The notes below the pieces were generated by a model. The model made no database searches and had not been told where the DNA came from. It worked only from the letters and a program-made list of their open reading frames with translations. A DNA stretch of 64,000 bases from an uncultured Flavobacteriaceae bacterium (GTDB lineage: Bacteria > Bacteroidota > Bacteroidia > Flavobacteriales > Flavobacteriaceae), in the NCBI GenBank assembly GCA_938010765.1, contig CALLVX010000028.1, forward strand, positions 394 through 64,393, given 5' to 3'. Positions 20,756 to 30,383 of this stretch are shown one piece after another. The position numbers were made by a program, and so were the translations under genes. How positions within the stretch are numbered: position 1 is the stretch's first letter; each line of letters starts with the position of its first letter.

Positions 20756-20873
20756 CCGGTCGTGCTTTTATTGGAATTGTGTATACATATGGGTTTAAAT
20801 CCAATAAGAATTTGAATGAAAGAAAGTAGAATAATTGGAAAACGCTTTAGAACATGTTTTATTCTTTTGAACT

Positions 20874-20901
20874 TGTAACGATCTGCAGTAGATTGCGTCT
20901 A
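20874..20901 (+). promoter_or_regulatory. Putative ECF-sigma promoter overlapped by inverted repeat
   Basis: TGTAAC-N16-CGTCTA upstream of AraC gene. Confidence 0.6.
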
Positions 20902-20946
20902 CTGCAGTAGTTGTTTTAACAAATCAATCAACTTAAGAGTAGTCCT

Positions 20947-22119
20947 ATGCGCTTACTGGCCGATTTTATTCTGGTTTTTGGTTTTGCGATTACTTCGGTG
21001 ATTCTTTTTATGCTGGCGAAGGCTAAAAACAGAGAACTACCCCAGAACATTCTAATTGTTCTGCTGGGTTTTATACTAGTTACTATTATTAGTTTTTATG
21101 CTGGTTTACATAGGCTGAAATTTTTGTACTTGGTCACCCTAGTTTTTGAAAATGGAGAACGTTTCATCATGGGGCCTTTGATTTTCATCTATGTGAAGTC
21201 GCTCTTTTTGGAAAACAAAGGGCTTGTTAAAAAACACTTGGTTCACCTTGTTCCATTCGTTCTTTACTGGCTTGTTTTTACGTTACCCTTTGTAGCAAGT
21301 AGTTATTTGGGATATGTGGTGTTCGACTATCTAAAACCATTTCATAATATGCCCTATTTGGCATTGATAAAAGATGCCTATTTACTTTTGTACTTGATCC
21401 TATCAATACGACTTTTTTATCGGTTTAAGGCGATGATGAAATTCAACTATTCTAGCTTTATCACAAATAATGTTCAATGGTTGAAACTGTTTCTTCTAAC
21501 ATTTTTTGGTCTGTTATTGTTTGATTTTATCATAACCCTATATGAAGTGGTCTTTGGCTATTTTACTTCTTGGGATACGGGGTACATTACAGCCGTATTC
21601 ATGATTATTCTAGTGACTTATTTGGGCTATAACGGTATTAAACAATCTGTTGTCACTATGCCTGATTTTTTACTGGATGAGGAAGTTGGTAAAGCAAATA
21701 ATAAAAATGGGAATAGTCCTATTGCCATAGAAATTTCGGAAGAAGAACTGTTGAAGCTTCAAACAAAATTGGAGGCCATCGTCCTAACAGAAAAACCCTA
21801 TCTATTGCACGATCTTACGTTGACCCATCTCGCAAAGATGATAGAGACAACCGATAAGAAACTTTCATTACTGTTGAATCGAAAAATGAAGATGCCTTTT
21901 TACGACTATATTAATAAGCATCGAGTTGAGACGGTAAAGGAGAAACTAGCGTCTTCTAACTTTGATAATTTTTCGTTGATAGGAATTGCATATGATTCCG
22001 GTTTTAAATCAAAAAGTAGTTTTTATCGGATTTTCAAGAAAGAAACCGGGGTTTCACCTTCTCAATACAAACAAGCTCTCCGTCAGGAAAATAGTCCCTC
22101 TGCATCCGCTGAGACCTAA
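20947..22119 (+). CDS. Membrane-anchored AraC family transcriptional regulator
   Basis: Multi-TM N-terminus; IAYDSGFKSKSSFYRIFKKETGVSPSQY. Confidence 0.92.
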   Translation: MRLLADFILVFGFAITSVILFMLAKAKNRELPQNILIVLLGFILVTIISFYAGLHRLKFLYLVTLVFENGERFIMGPLIFIYVKSLFLENKGLVKKHLVHLVPFVLYWLVFTLPFVASSYLGYVVFDYLKPFHNMPYLALIKDAYLLLYLILSIRLFYRFKAMMKFNYSSFITNNVQWLKLFLLTFFGLLLFDFIITLYEVVFGYFTSWDTGYITAVFMIILVTYLGYNGIKQSVVTMPDFLLDEEVGKANNKNGNSPIAIEISEEELLKLQTKLEAIVLTEKPYLLHDLTLTHLAKMIETTDKKLSLLLNRKMKMPFYDYINKHRVETVKEKLASSNFDNFSLIGIAYDSGFKSKSSFYRIFKKETGVSPSQYKQALRQENSPSASAET

Positions 22120-22240
22120 ATCAACAATTTGTTAAATAGCTTTGTTAAAGCAAGAGAGAACTAACAGTTTTCTACCTGTTGTCATATTTCTTGGCGCTGT
22201 ATGCGTTGGGTAATTGAGCCATAAAAAATAAAATAGCTGT

Positions 22241-23470
22241 ATGAGAGTTTCTTTTCGCCTGATGTGCTTTTTGGTTTACATATGCTTTATTGGAAAGGCA
22301 CATTCACAGTTCGAAAGTGCCGAGATCACCAAAAAGATGGAAAACCTATTAAGCACAATGAACCTTCCAGGAGTGGGGCTGGTAATGACAAACAAAGACA
22401 GCATACTCTATCAAAAAGGTTTTGGGTTTGCAGATCTGGCTTCAAAAGCCCCATTTGAACCCACTAGCCTGCAGAACATCGGGTCTACTTCTAAAACGTT
22501 CATAGGTGTCGCCCTAATGAAGCTGGTAGATCAAGGAAAGATAGGCCTTGATGATCCTATAAATTCATATTTACCTTTTCGTGTTTTTAATCCACATTTT
22601 CCTGATCAGGCCATTACCATGCGGCATTTGGCTACCCATACTGCAGGTATAAAGGATCTCTCCTCGGTTTATGATCTAAAGAGCTATTTTATTGATCGTG
22701 ATACACAAAAAACACCTATCTCTAAAAAAGGATTTTCATTGGAAGAAAAGATATTTCTTGCCAAAACGGTCAAAAACAAACGGCAATCGTTACATGACTA
22801 CTTGCAAAGTGTGTTGGAGGAAGGAGGTGAATTCTACGGTAAACGCAATTTTTACAAACATGCCCCCGGCACTGAATACGAATACACCAATATCGGAGCC
22901 ACTTTGGCTGCGTACATAGTAGAAGTGGCAAGCGGAATGCCGTATTCGGAATTCACCAAGCAAGAAATATTTACGCCCTTACAAATGAACGCCACGGGCT
23001 GGTTCTACAAGGATGTGGAGATGCGCAATTTTGTAACCCGTTATACCGGTAAAAAACATATTGCGATACCGTTTTATGAGCTAACCACCTATCCCGATGG
23101 CGGCCTTAAATCATCCATAGCCGATATGACCCTCTATTTACAGGAAATGCTTCGTGGTTTCTTTGATCAAGGGAGCTTATTGACAAGAGAATCATATGCT
23201 GTCTTGTTTGAAAACCAACTGAATGTTCCATCTAGGGAACGCTCGGGTATTTTTTGGGATGTTTTTGGAAGCGAAGGTGAAGGCGATGTGGGCCATTCAG
23301 GCAGTGATCCAGGGATAATGACCTTTATGTACTTTAAGCCTGAGACGAAGATTGGAAAGATTCTTTTTGTAAATACTGGTCATTATAACGAGGATGTTAT
23401 TCGTGTTTGGCAAGAATTCATAGCGTTGGAGCATTTGTTTGTCAAGGGCAATCCAAAGAAAGCAAACTAG
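22241..23470 (+). CDS. Serine hydrolase (beta-lactamase family)
   Basis: GSTSK, LATHTAG, YEYTN, GHSGSD. Confidence 0.9.
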   Translation: MRVSFRLMCFLVYICFIGKAHSQFESAEITKKMENLLSTMNLPGVGLVMTNKDSILYQKGFGFADLASKAPFEPTSLQNIGSTSKTFIGVALMKLVDQGKIGLDDPINSYLPFRVFNPHFPDQAITMRHLATHTAGIKDLSSVYDLKSYFIDRDTQKTPISKKGFSLEEKIFLAKTVKNKRQSLHDYLQSVLEEGGEFYGKRNFYKHAPGTEYEYTNIGATLAAYIVEVASGMPYSEFTKQEIFTPLQMNATGWFYKDVEMRNFVTRYTGKKHIAIPFYELTTYPDGGLKSSIADMTLYLQEMLRGFFDQGSLLTRESYAVLFENQLNVPSRERSGIFWDVFGSEGEGDVGHSGSDPGIMTFMYFKPETKIGKILFVNTGHYNEDVIRVWQEFIALEHLFVKGNPKKAN

Positions 23471-23488
23471 CAATTGAAACAGAGCGGT

Positions 23489-24142
23489 ATGAAAATAGAA
23501 AGAATAATTCCTATGATGCTGCTAGTATTGTTGAGTTTTTCATGTAATGATGATGACCAGATCAATGGCTCGGGAAATAGCATTTAACAAGACCGGGAGG
23601 TGGTAAATTTTATCGAAGTTCTAAGCATTAGTTCAACGAATGTAACCATTGTGCAAATGAACTCGCAAATGGTTATGGTTGCAGCGGATGACAATATTAT
23701 CAACAATGTAAGGACAACGATATCGAATAACAGGCTTACCGTTGATTTGGCCCCGGGGAGTTATAATGATGTATCTATTGAAGTAGCCATTTCGGTACCA
23801 CTTGTCACGGCATTACAGAACACAGGTTCTGGCAATATAGATATGACCGGTTTTTCAGATTTAAACAGTATCGAAGTCAACAATGAGGGGAGTGGTGCGA
23901 TTCGCCTGGGAGGCTCGGCAAGCATGCTCTCGTTGCGCAATACGGGCTCAGGGAATTACAAAGGGTATGACTTTACCGTTGAAAATTGTACCGACCACAA
24001 TACAGGTTCGGGAAACTGTGAGATACCATGTGCAGCGGAGCTTAGTGTCGCCAATTCTTGAAGCGGTGCTATTATCTATAAGGAAACACCTACTGTTACT
24101 ATAACAAACACTAGGTTTGGGCAAGTTGTCGATACCAACTAG
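23489..24142 (+). pseudogene. DUF2807 (GIN-domain) lipoprotein pseudogene with two in-frame stops
   Basis: One frame from ATG 23489 (lipobox SFSC, INGSGN); TAA 23585-23587 and TGA 24059-24061 interrupt; frame continues SGAIIYK to TAG 24142. Confidence 0.82.
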
Positions 24143-24237
24143 GGTAAGCAGACAAGTACAAAAAGAAAGTATAGTCTTGATCCAACCTCTTTTATAAAAA
24201 TTTGTCTTTTGGGTAAGAATACCTATCAACGGATCAA

Positions 24238-26608
24238 ATGAAAAAACCTACTTTTAAACCATCAATCAAGAAGTGCCGCATGCCTATTTTTCAAAAAATT
24301 ATTTTTTTAGTTAGTATTACTTTTTTTAGCAGCGTTGTATCTTTAGGGCAAACGCTTACACAGACCGTAAAGGGCAAGGTCCTCGATGTGGAAACGAGTG
24401 CTCCATTGCTTGGAGCGAATATTATTCTTTTGAAAACGGATCCTCCAAAGGGAGCAATCACCGATGAAGATGGCTATTTTCGATTCGAGGGTGTTCCGGT
24501 AGGCCGTGCTTCTTTTCAATTTACCTTTTTAGGCTACGAAGACTTTGTGATTTCCGAAGTGCTGATCGGCTCTGCCAAAGAGGTAGAGTTAACCATTTAT
24601 CTTACCGAGGCGCTGAACCAGCTCGATGAGGTGGTCTTAGTGGCACCTACCGATAATATCAATCCAAATAACAAACTAGCTACGGTTAGCGCACGTTCGT
24701 TCAGTGTAGAGGAAACCAAGCGTTTTCCCGCCAGTGTTAGTGATCCTGGGCGTATGGCGTTATCGTTTGCAGGGGTAACCAATAGCGATGACACCAGCAA
24801 TGAAATTATTATTCGCGGAAATGCACCCAATCAACTGTTATGGCGTATTGAAGGCATTGAGGTGCCCGAGCCCAATCATTTTTCCGAAGAAGGCTATTCT
24901 CCGGGGAACGTGAGTTTGATCAGTAGTAATTTATTGGGCAAATCCGATTTTTTTACCGGCGCCTTTCCTGCTACTTATGGGAACGCACTTTCTGGAGTAT
25001 TCGATATTAACCTTAGAAACGGGAACAACGAAAAAGGCGAGTATGCTTTTCAATTTGGGGTACTGGGAACCGATCTTACCGCGGAAGGCCCATTTAAAAA
25101 GGGGTATAAGGGCTCCTATTTGATCAATTATCGCTATTCCACTATTGCCCTACTAAATCAAATCGTCGATGTAACGCCTGGCAGTACGCCCACCTATCAA
25201 GATGTGTCTATCAAACTAAACCTACCTTTAGGGGAACGAACCAATCTATCGATCTGGGGTATTGGTGGTATCAGCGATGAAGATGAAGATCCAGAGGTAG
25301 ACGGTTATTTTAGTAGTGAGGAAATTTTCGAATCGAAAACCTATATGACAGGGCTTACCCTATCGAACTTTTTTAAAAGTGGAAGTAAGTTAGAGAGCCG
25401 CCTGTCCTATTCGGGGAATGCGAGCGATTTTATTTTTGATGGAAGAAATACGGCAACAGTTACCACCTTTGGCGATAGTGATATTTTAAGAAATAGTGCA
25501 TTTCGGGTCAGTACCGACTATACTAAAAAAATAAATGCCAAGGCAACTATAAATGCCGGCGGCATATTCAGCCTTTTGAATTATAATGTGCTTACAACGG
25601 CCTTTGAAAATGATCAACGAGTAGAGTTGGTTAATGAAGATGGTAAGGGAACCATGGGGCAGGCATATGTACAGGCAAAATACCGCTTTAGCACTAATTT
25701 TTCAACCACATTTGGGGTGCACGGTACCTACTTTTCTGTAAATAAAGATTTTGTGGTAGAGCCTCGGGTAGGGCTCGAATGGAAGGTGAATCCAAATCAC
25801 ACCCTCTCTACGGGTTTGGGAATTCACTCTAGGAGAATGCCGTTGAACCAGTACTTTATAAAAATTCCCGACGACACCGGTTTTAGTACTCCGAATACAG
25901 AACTGGATCTTATGCAGGCCATACATTATATTGTTGGGCACGATTGGCGTATCATTAAGAACGGTCATTTGAAAGTAGAGGCGTACTATCAAGATTTGAA
26001 CAAGGTAGCAGTGGTAAAAGATCCACGCTTTACCGCCTCTTACCTCAATGGCCAGTTTATCCCTGCCGAATTTACCGATAGTGGAGTGGGGAGGAATTAT
26101 GGGGTCGAGTTTACGTTTGAAAAGTTTTTCTCCCGCCAGTACTTTTTTCTGGCAACAGCTTCCGTATACGATACCCAATACAAGGCCGCAGATGGCAATT
26201 GGTACGACAGTGCCTATAACTACAACTACACCTTTAATTTGGTAAGGAGGGAAGGAGTTTACCGTTGGCAAAAAACAGAACAATACCATTGGCGTGAATG
26301 CAAAGACACTATTTAACGGTGGTAAGCGTTCAACTCCTTTGGATCAGGAGTTGATCGATGATACGGGTGAGGTACGTATCAATCAGCAATTGCGAAATAC
26401 CTTGGAGCTCGATTCGTATTTTCGATTGGATGCGAGTCTGTATTATAGATTAAACCGCCCAAAGGCGGCCCACCGTATCTCATTGGATGTTCAGAATCTT
26501 ACCAATCGGGCAAACATAGACGACGTTTTCTTCAATGATGCCGGGGAGTTACAGACCAGTTTTCAACTAGAACTCATTCCCTTCCTTAACTACAGAATTG
26601 AGTTTTGA
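24238..26608 (+). pseudogene. TonB-dependent receptor, frameshifted near the C-terminus
   Basis: CarboxypepD_reg-like N-terminus, IIIRGN plug, PNHF; extra A at 26244-26245 breaks NLVGGKEF; remainder continues in ORF 26294..26608 to YRIEF. Confidence 0.85.
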
Positions 26609-26622
26609 AATAGATAAGACAT

Positions 26623-26660
26623 AAAAAACCGCCAAGACTTCATTGTCTGGGCGGTTTTTT
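26623..26660. terminator. Bidirectional terminator between TBDR and tsf
   Basis: AAAAAACCGCC...GGCGGTTTTTT between convergent genes. Confidence 0.88.
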
Positions 26661-26679
26661 GAATTAGTTCGGTACTAGT

Positions 26680-27645
26680 TTATCCTACAGTAACTCTTTT
26701 GAAACCGGTTACATGAACGTCTCCGTGAGATTCAACATAGTTCGCTACATTGATCTTTTCGTTTTTGATAAAGTTTTGATCTAACAAACATTGTTCTTGA
26801 TCCAAGGTGGTATTATCAGAAACAAAACGGTCCATCTTACCAGGAAGAATTTTATCCCAGATTTTCTCCGGTTTTCCTTCAGCGGCAAGTTCTGCTTTCG
26901 CATCGGCTTCTGCTTTTGCCAATACTTCATCAGACAATTGAGCCATTGAAATATATTGCGGTATATTTTTAAGCGTTTTGCCCAAACGGCCCAATTCTTC
27001 ATTATCTTTTTCGATGACTGCAATACGTGCTTCGGTCTCAGAAGCAACGAATGCCGCATCAAAATCTTTGTAAGACAAGGTGGTAGCACCCATAGAAGCT
27101 ACTTGCATGGCAACATCTTTGCCCAATTCATCAGCAGTAGCAACTTTTGATGAAAACCCAACTAATGCCGCAATTTTATTGATGTGTACGTACGAACTTA
27201 CATACGGGGCCTCAACTCTTTCGAAGGCGTTGATTTCCAATTTTTCACCGATTACTCCAGTCTGCTCGATTAACTTCTCCGCGACGGTCATTCCACCAAA
27301 ATCAGCTTCCATCAAAGCCTCTTTACTATCCTGGTTCAATGCAATTGCAGCGATATCAGTTGCCAATTTGACAAAGTTCTCGTTCTTTCCAACGAAATCG
27401 GTCTCACATCCTAACACAATTGCCACGCCAACAGTATTGTTACTATTTACTTTAGCAATTGCAGCACCTTCTGAGGATTCTCTATCAGCTCTTTTCGCCG
27501 CTACTTTCTGTCCTTTCTTGCGAAGAACTTCGATAGCCTTGTCAAAATCACCTTCGGCTTCTACTAGGGCGTTCTTACAATCCATCATACCAGCTCCTGT
27601 GGCCTTTCTTAATTGATTTACTTCTGCGGCTGAGATTTTTGCCAT
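26680..27645 (-). CDS. tsf: Elongation factor Ts
   Basis: LRKATGAGMMDCK, CETDFV. Confidence 0.98.
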   Translation of the reverse strand: MAKISAAEVNQLRKATGAGMMDCKNALVEAEGDFDKAIEVLRKKGQKVAAKRADRESSEGAAIAKVNSNNTVGVAIVLGCETDFVGKNENFVKLATDIAAIALNQDSKEALMEADFGGMTVAEKLIEQTGVIGEKLEINAFERVEAPYVSSYVHINKIAALVGFSSKVATADELGKDVAMQVASMGATTLSYKDFDAAFVASETEARIAVIEKDNEELGRLGKTLKNIPQYISMAQLSDEVLAKAEADAKAELAAEGKPEKIWDKILPGKMDRFVSDNTTLDQEQCLLDQNFIKNEKINVANYVESHGDVHVTGFKRVTVG

Positions 27646-27713
27646 ATCTAAAATTATTTATGATCGTTCCTACCAATGTAGGAAGTTATACAAATCAGTT
27701 ACTATTCTTTAAA

Positions 27714-27838
27714 TTTACTCGATAATCGAGGTTTATAAGGCTTCGACGCCTGCATGGCAAGTGTTCGGACAGGCCTGCGTCGAAATCAATGTTAAATTCC
27801 CTTTTTAATGCCTCGTGGGCTAGTCCCGAGGTAGTTTA
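27714..27838. repeat. ~125-bp multi-hairpin interspersed element, copy 1 (MITE/REP-like)
   Basis: Colinear with 55685..55811; identical blocks GGCCTGCGTCGAAATCAA and TTTTAATGCCTCGTGGGCT. Confidence 0.85.
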
Positions 27839-29035
27839 CTCAACGCCTCCTTTGACGTTATCTTGCCATTCTTTCAATTCGTCCCATTTGCCATCGGCGG
27901 CCATTTGCGCTTGTTTTGGCCAAGAGGTCGGATCTAAATGAGCCATTCTTGAACTTGCTTCGGTAAGAATCTCTTTGATTTTATCAGAATCGGCTTCAGC
28001 TAGCTTGGCGAAACTTTCAAGTCCGGCATTTACCAGGGCTTCAGCTGCCTTTGGGCCTACACCTTCTACTTTGGTAAGATCATCGGCTTTTGCCTTTTCC
28101 TTTTTTGCAGGGGCTTTCTCTTTTTTCTCTTCCACAACCGGTGCTTCGGCAGCAACGGCTACTTCCTCTACGACCTCAGGGGTTGCAGGGGTTTCTTCTA
28201 CTACTGGAGCCACTTCCTCCACGACCTCGGGAGCTGCTTCCACTACTTTTTCAGCCACAGGTGCTGGAGCCTCCTTTTTCTTCGCGGGAGCTTCTTGTTT
28301 TTTAGCATCGGCATCGGCGCCCTCCTTATCGGCTTGCTTTTCAGACTTCCTGTCAGATAATCCTTCAGCTACCGCATCGGTTACCTGTTGCATGATAATT
28401 TCTATCGATTTTGAAGCATCATCATTAGAAGGAATCAAATAATCGATTTCACGAGGATCAGAATTGGTATCGACCATTGCGAAAATAGGGATGTTCAATT
28501 TCAAAGCTTCTTTAACGGCGATGTGCTCGCGCATGGTATCAACAACGAACAATGCTCCGGGCAAACGTGTCATTTCAGAAATAGAACCTAAGTTCTTATC
28601 TAATTTTGCACGCAAACGATCCACTTGCAAACGTTCTTTCTTCGAAAGTGTCAAGAAAGTACCATCTTTCTTCATTCGATCGATCGCAGCCATTTTTTTG
28701 ACCGCTTTACGAATAGTTACAAAGTTGGTCAGCATACCACCTGGCCAGCGCTCGGTGATATAGGGCATATTCACTTTTGCTACTTTTTCAGCAACAATAT
28801 CCTTTGCTTGTTTTTTAGTTGCAACAAAAAGAATTTTTCTGCCAGATGCAGCAATTTTTTTGAGAGCTTCGTTCGCCTCGTCTAATTTTGCTACTGTTTT
28901 ATAAAGGTTGATGACATGAATTCCGTTACGCTCCATGTAGATGTAGGGCGCCATGTTGGGATTCCACTTTCTTGTAAGGTGTCCGAAATGTACACCTGCT
29001 TCCAATAAATCTTTTACTTCGACTTTTTGAGCCAT
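27836..29035 (-). CDS. rpsB: 30S ribosomal protein S2 with Ala/Glu/Pro linker and C-terminal HhH-like (DUF4332-type) domain
   Basis: LLEAGVHFGH, RWPGGMLTN; tail ADDLTKVEGVGPK...WPKQA. Confidence 0.97.
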   Translation of the reverse strand: MAQKVEVKDLLEAGVHFGHLTRKWNPNMAPYIYMERNGIHVINLYKTVAKLDEANEALKKIAASGRKILFVATKKQAKDIVAEKVAKVNMPYITERWPGGMLTNFVTIRKAVKKMAAIDRMKKDGTFLTLSKKERLQVDRLRAKLDKNLGSISEMTRLPGALFVVDTMREHIAVKEALKLNIPIFAMVDTNSDPREIDYLIPSNDDASKSIEIIMQQVTDAVAEGLSDRKSEKQADKEGADADAKKQEAPAKKKEAPAPVAEKVVEAAPEVVEEVAPVVEETPATPEVVEEVAVAAEAPVVEEKKEKAPAKKEKAKADDLTKVEGVGPKAAEALVNAGLESFAKLAEADSDKIKEILTEASSRMAHLDPTSWPKQAQMAADGKWDELKEWQDNVKGGVE

Positions 29036-29044
29036 TTTTAAATT

Positions 29045-29133
29045 TAGTTTACGTTCTTTTGAATTAGCAATGACCAAGTGGTACCAAAACCTAAAAGCAA
29101 TCGTGGAGCCTTCATCATTTAGATGCTAAACTA
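29045..29133 (-). promoter_or_regulatory. Putative structured rpsB leader
   Basis: Complementary blocks 29045-29051/29127-29133 and 29064-29069/29124-29129 just upstream of ATG. Confidence 0.45.
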
Positions 29134-29249
29134 ATGTACCCGACCATTTTCAGGATAGTCCTGTATTGGTTTTCACTTTTTGGAGAAGTGCCCGGGATTT
29201 TTAAGTGTCCTTGCCAAAAGGCAAAAACTTTCAATGAACTAATTAATGA

Positions 29250-29281
29250 ATATAAAATAAGGTGCTTCGAAAGAAGCACCT
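29250..29281 (-). terminator. Terminator-like hairpin after rpsI
   Basis: AGGTGCTTC-N4-GAAGCACCT followed on minus strand by TATTTTAT. Confidence 0.7.
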
Positions 29282-29293
29282 GATAATTCTGTA

Positions 29294-29680
29294 TTAACGT
29301 TTAGAGAACTGGAATTTCTTCCGGGCTTTCTTCTGACCGAATTTCTTTCGCTCTACCATTCTTGGGTCACGAGTAAGCAAACCTTCTGGTTTCAAAACAA
29401 TGCGGTTTTCCTCATCTATTTCACACATTACTCTAGATAGCGCCAAGCGAACCGCTTCGGCCTGCCCGGTAATACCACCCCCGTATACATTTACCTTTAC
29501 ATCGAAGTTGTCCTCGGTATCGGTCAATGCAAAAGGTTGCTTTACTTTGTACTGAAGTGTCGCAGTAGGGAAATAATCGCTAAGATCTCTATTGTTTACT
29601 GTAATAGTACCTTTCCCTTCGGAAACATATACTCTTGCTACAGCGGTTTTTCTTCGACCGATTTTATGAATTACTTGCAT
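29294..29680 (-). CDS. rpsI: 30S ribosomal protein S9
   Basis: GRRKTAVARV; ERKKFGQKKARKKFQFSKR. Confidence 0.98.
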   Translation of the reverse strand: MQVIHKIGRRKTAVARVYVSEGKGTITVNNRDLSDYFPTATLQYKVKQPFALTDTEDNFDVKVNVYGGGITGQAEAVRLALSRVMCEIDEENRIVLKPEGLLTRDPRMVERKKFGQKKARKKFQFSKR

Positions 29681-30135
29681 TATTTAAAGTCTTTTAAATT
29701 GAATACGGTTGGTTTTTGAGCTTCTTGATCGTGCTCGGCACCAACATAAACCTTTAAGTTTCTGAAAAGCTCAGCGCCTAATTTGTTTTTAGGAAGCATT
29801 CCTTTAATCGCACGCTCTACAACAGCCTCTGGCTTTTTTGCCAAAACTTCTCTCGCAGTAGCCGAACGTTGTCCTCCTGGAAAGCCAGTGTAACGCGAAT
29901 ACGTTTTTTCATCCCATTTATTACCGCTCAAGTGTATCTTTTCGGCATTGATAACAATTACGTTATCACCGCAATCAACATGTGGCGTAAAATCTGGTTT
30001 GTGTTTTCCTCGCAGCAATTTGGCGACTTTCGAACCAAGACGTCCAAGTGTTTCTCCTTCAGCATCTACCAATAACCACTGTTTTTCAACAGTCTTACGG
30101 TTGGCCGATATAGTCTTGTAGCTTAATGTATCCAC
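29680..30135 (-). CDS. rplM: 50S ribosomal protein L13
   Basis: GTG start (MDTLSYKT); [16 protein letters not shown]; GMLPKN. Confidence 0.97.
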   Translation of the reverse strand: MDTLSYKTISANRKTVEKQWLLVDAEGETLGRLGSKVAKLLRGKHKPDFTPHVDCGDNVIVINAEKIHLSGNKWDEKTYSRYTGFPGGQRSATAREVLAKKPEAVVERAIKGMLPKNKLGAELFRNLKVYVGAEHDQEAQKPTVFNLKDFK

Positions 30136-30182
30136 TACTTTTAATTTAATGATTAAACATTCCAATCCCCATAATAGGGGTG

Positions 30183-30190
30183 CAAATGTA
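30183..30190 (-). promoter_or_regulatory. -7 promoter element for rplM-rpsI, with leader hairpin at 30167-30180
   Basis: TACATTTG on minus strand; CCCC-ATAATA-GGGG immediately downstream. Confidence 0.65.
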
Positions 30191-30335
30191 CAACTATTAA
30201 GTTGATATACAAATGCTTATTTCTGAATATTTTCTAGTTTTTTATTCCTGCCTTTGTCCCGATTTCTGCTTTTTGATTCGTGGCCCTTATTTTACTCCTT
30301 TTCTTTGTTAAAAAATTACTAAAATATGCCTAAAG

Positions 30336-30362
30336 TGTAACGGAGGTTTTAATTTCACATCT
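30336..30362 (+). promoter_or_regulatory. Putative ECF-sigma promoter
   Basis: TGTAAC-N16-CATCT, 21 nt before ATG 30384. Confidence 0.5.
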
Positions 30363-30383
30363 TTAGTTCAAACCAGAAACCGA

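Noticed and set aside
23585-24061. Stop-codon readthrough or selenocysteine in the DUF2807 gene
   Set aside because: One stop is TAA and the TGA replaces an expected Gly; other genes use the standard code.
27975-28442. Ser/Thr/Ala-rich 155-aa plus-strand ORF (likewise 52807..53301)
   Set aside because: Antisense shadows of the low-complexity linkers of rpsB and infB.
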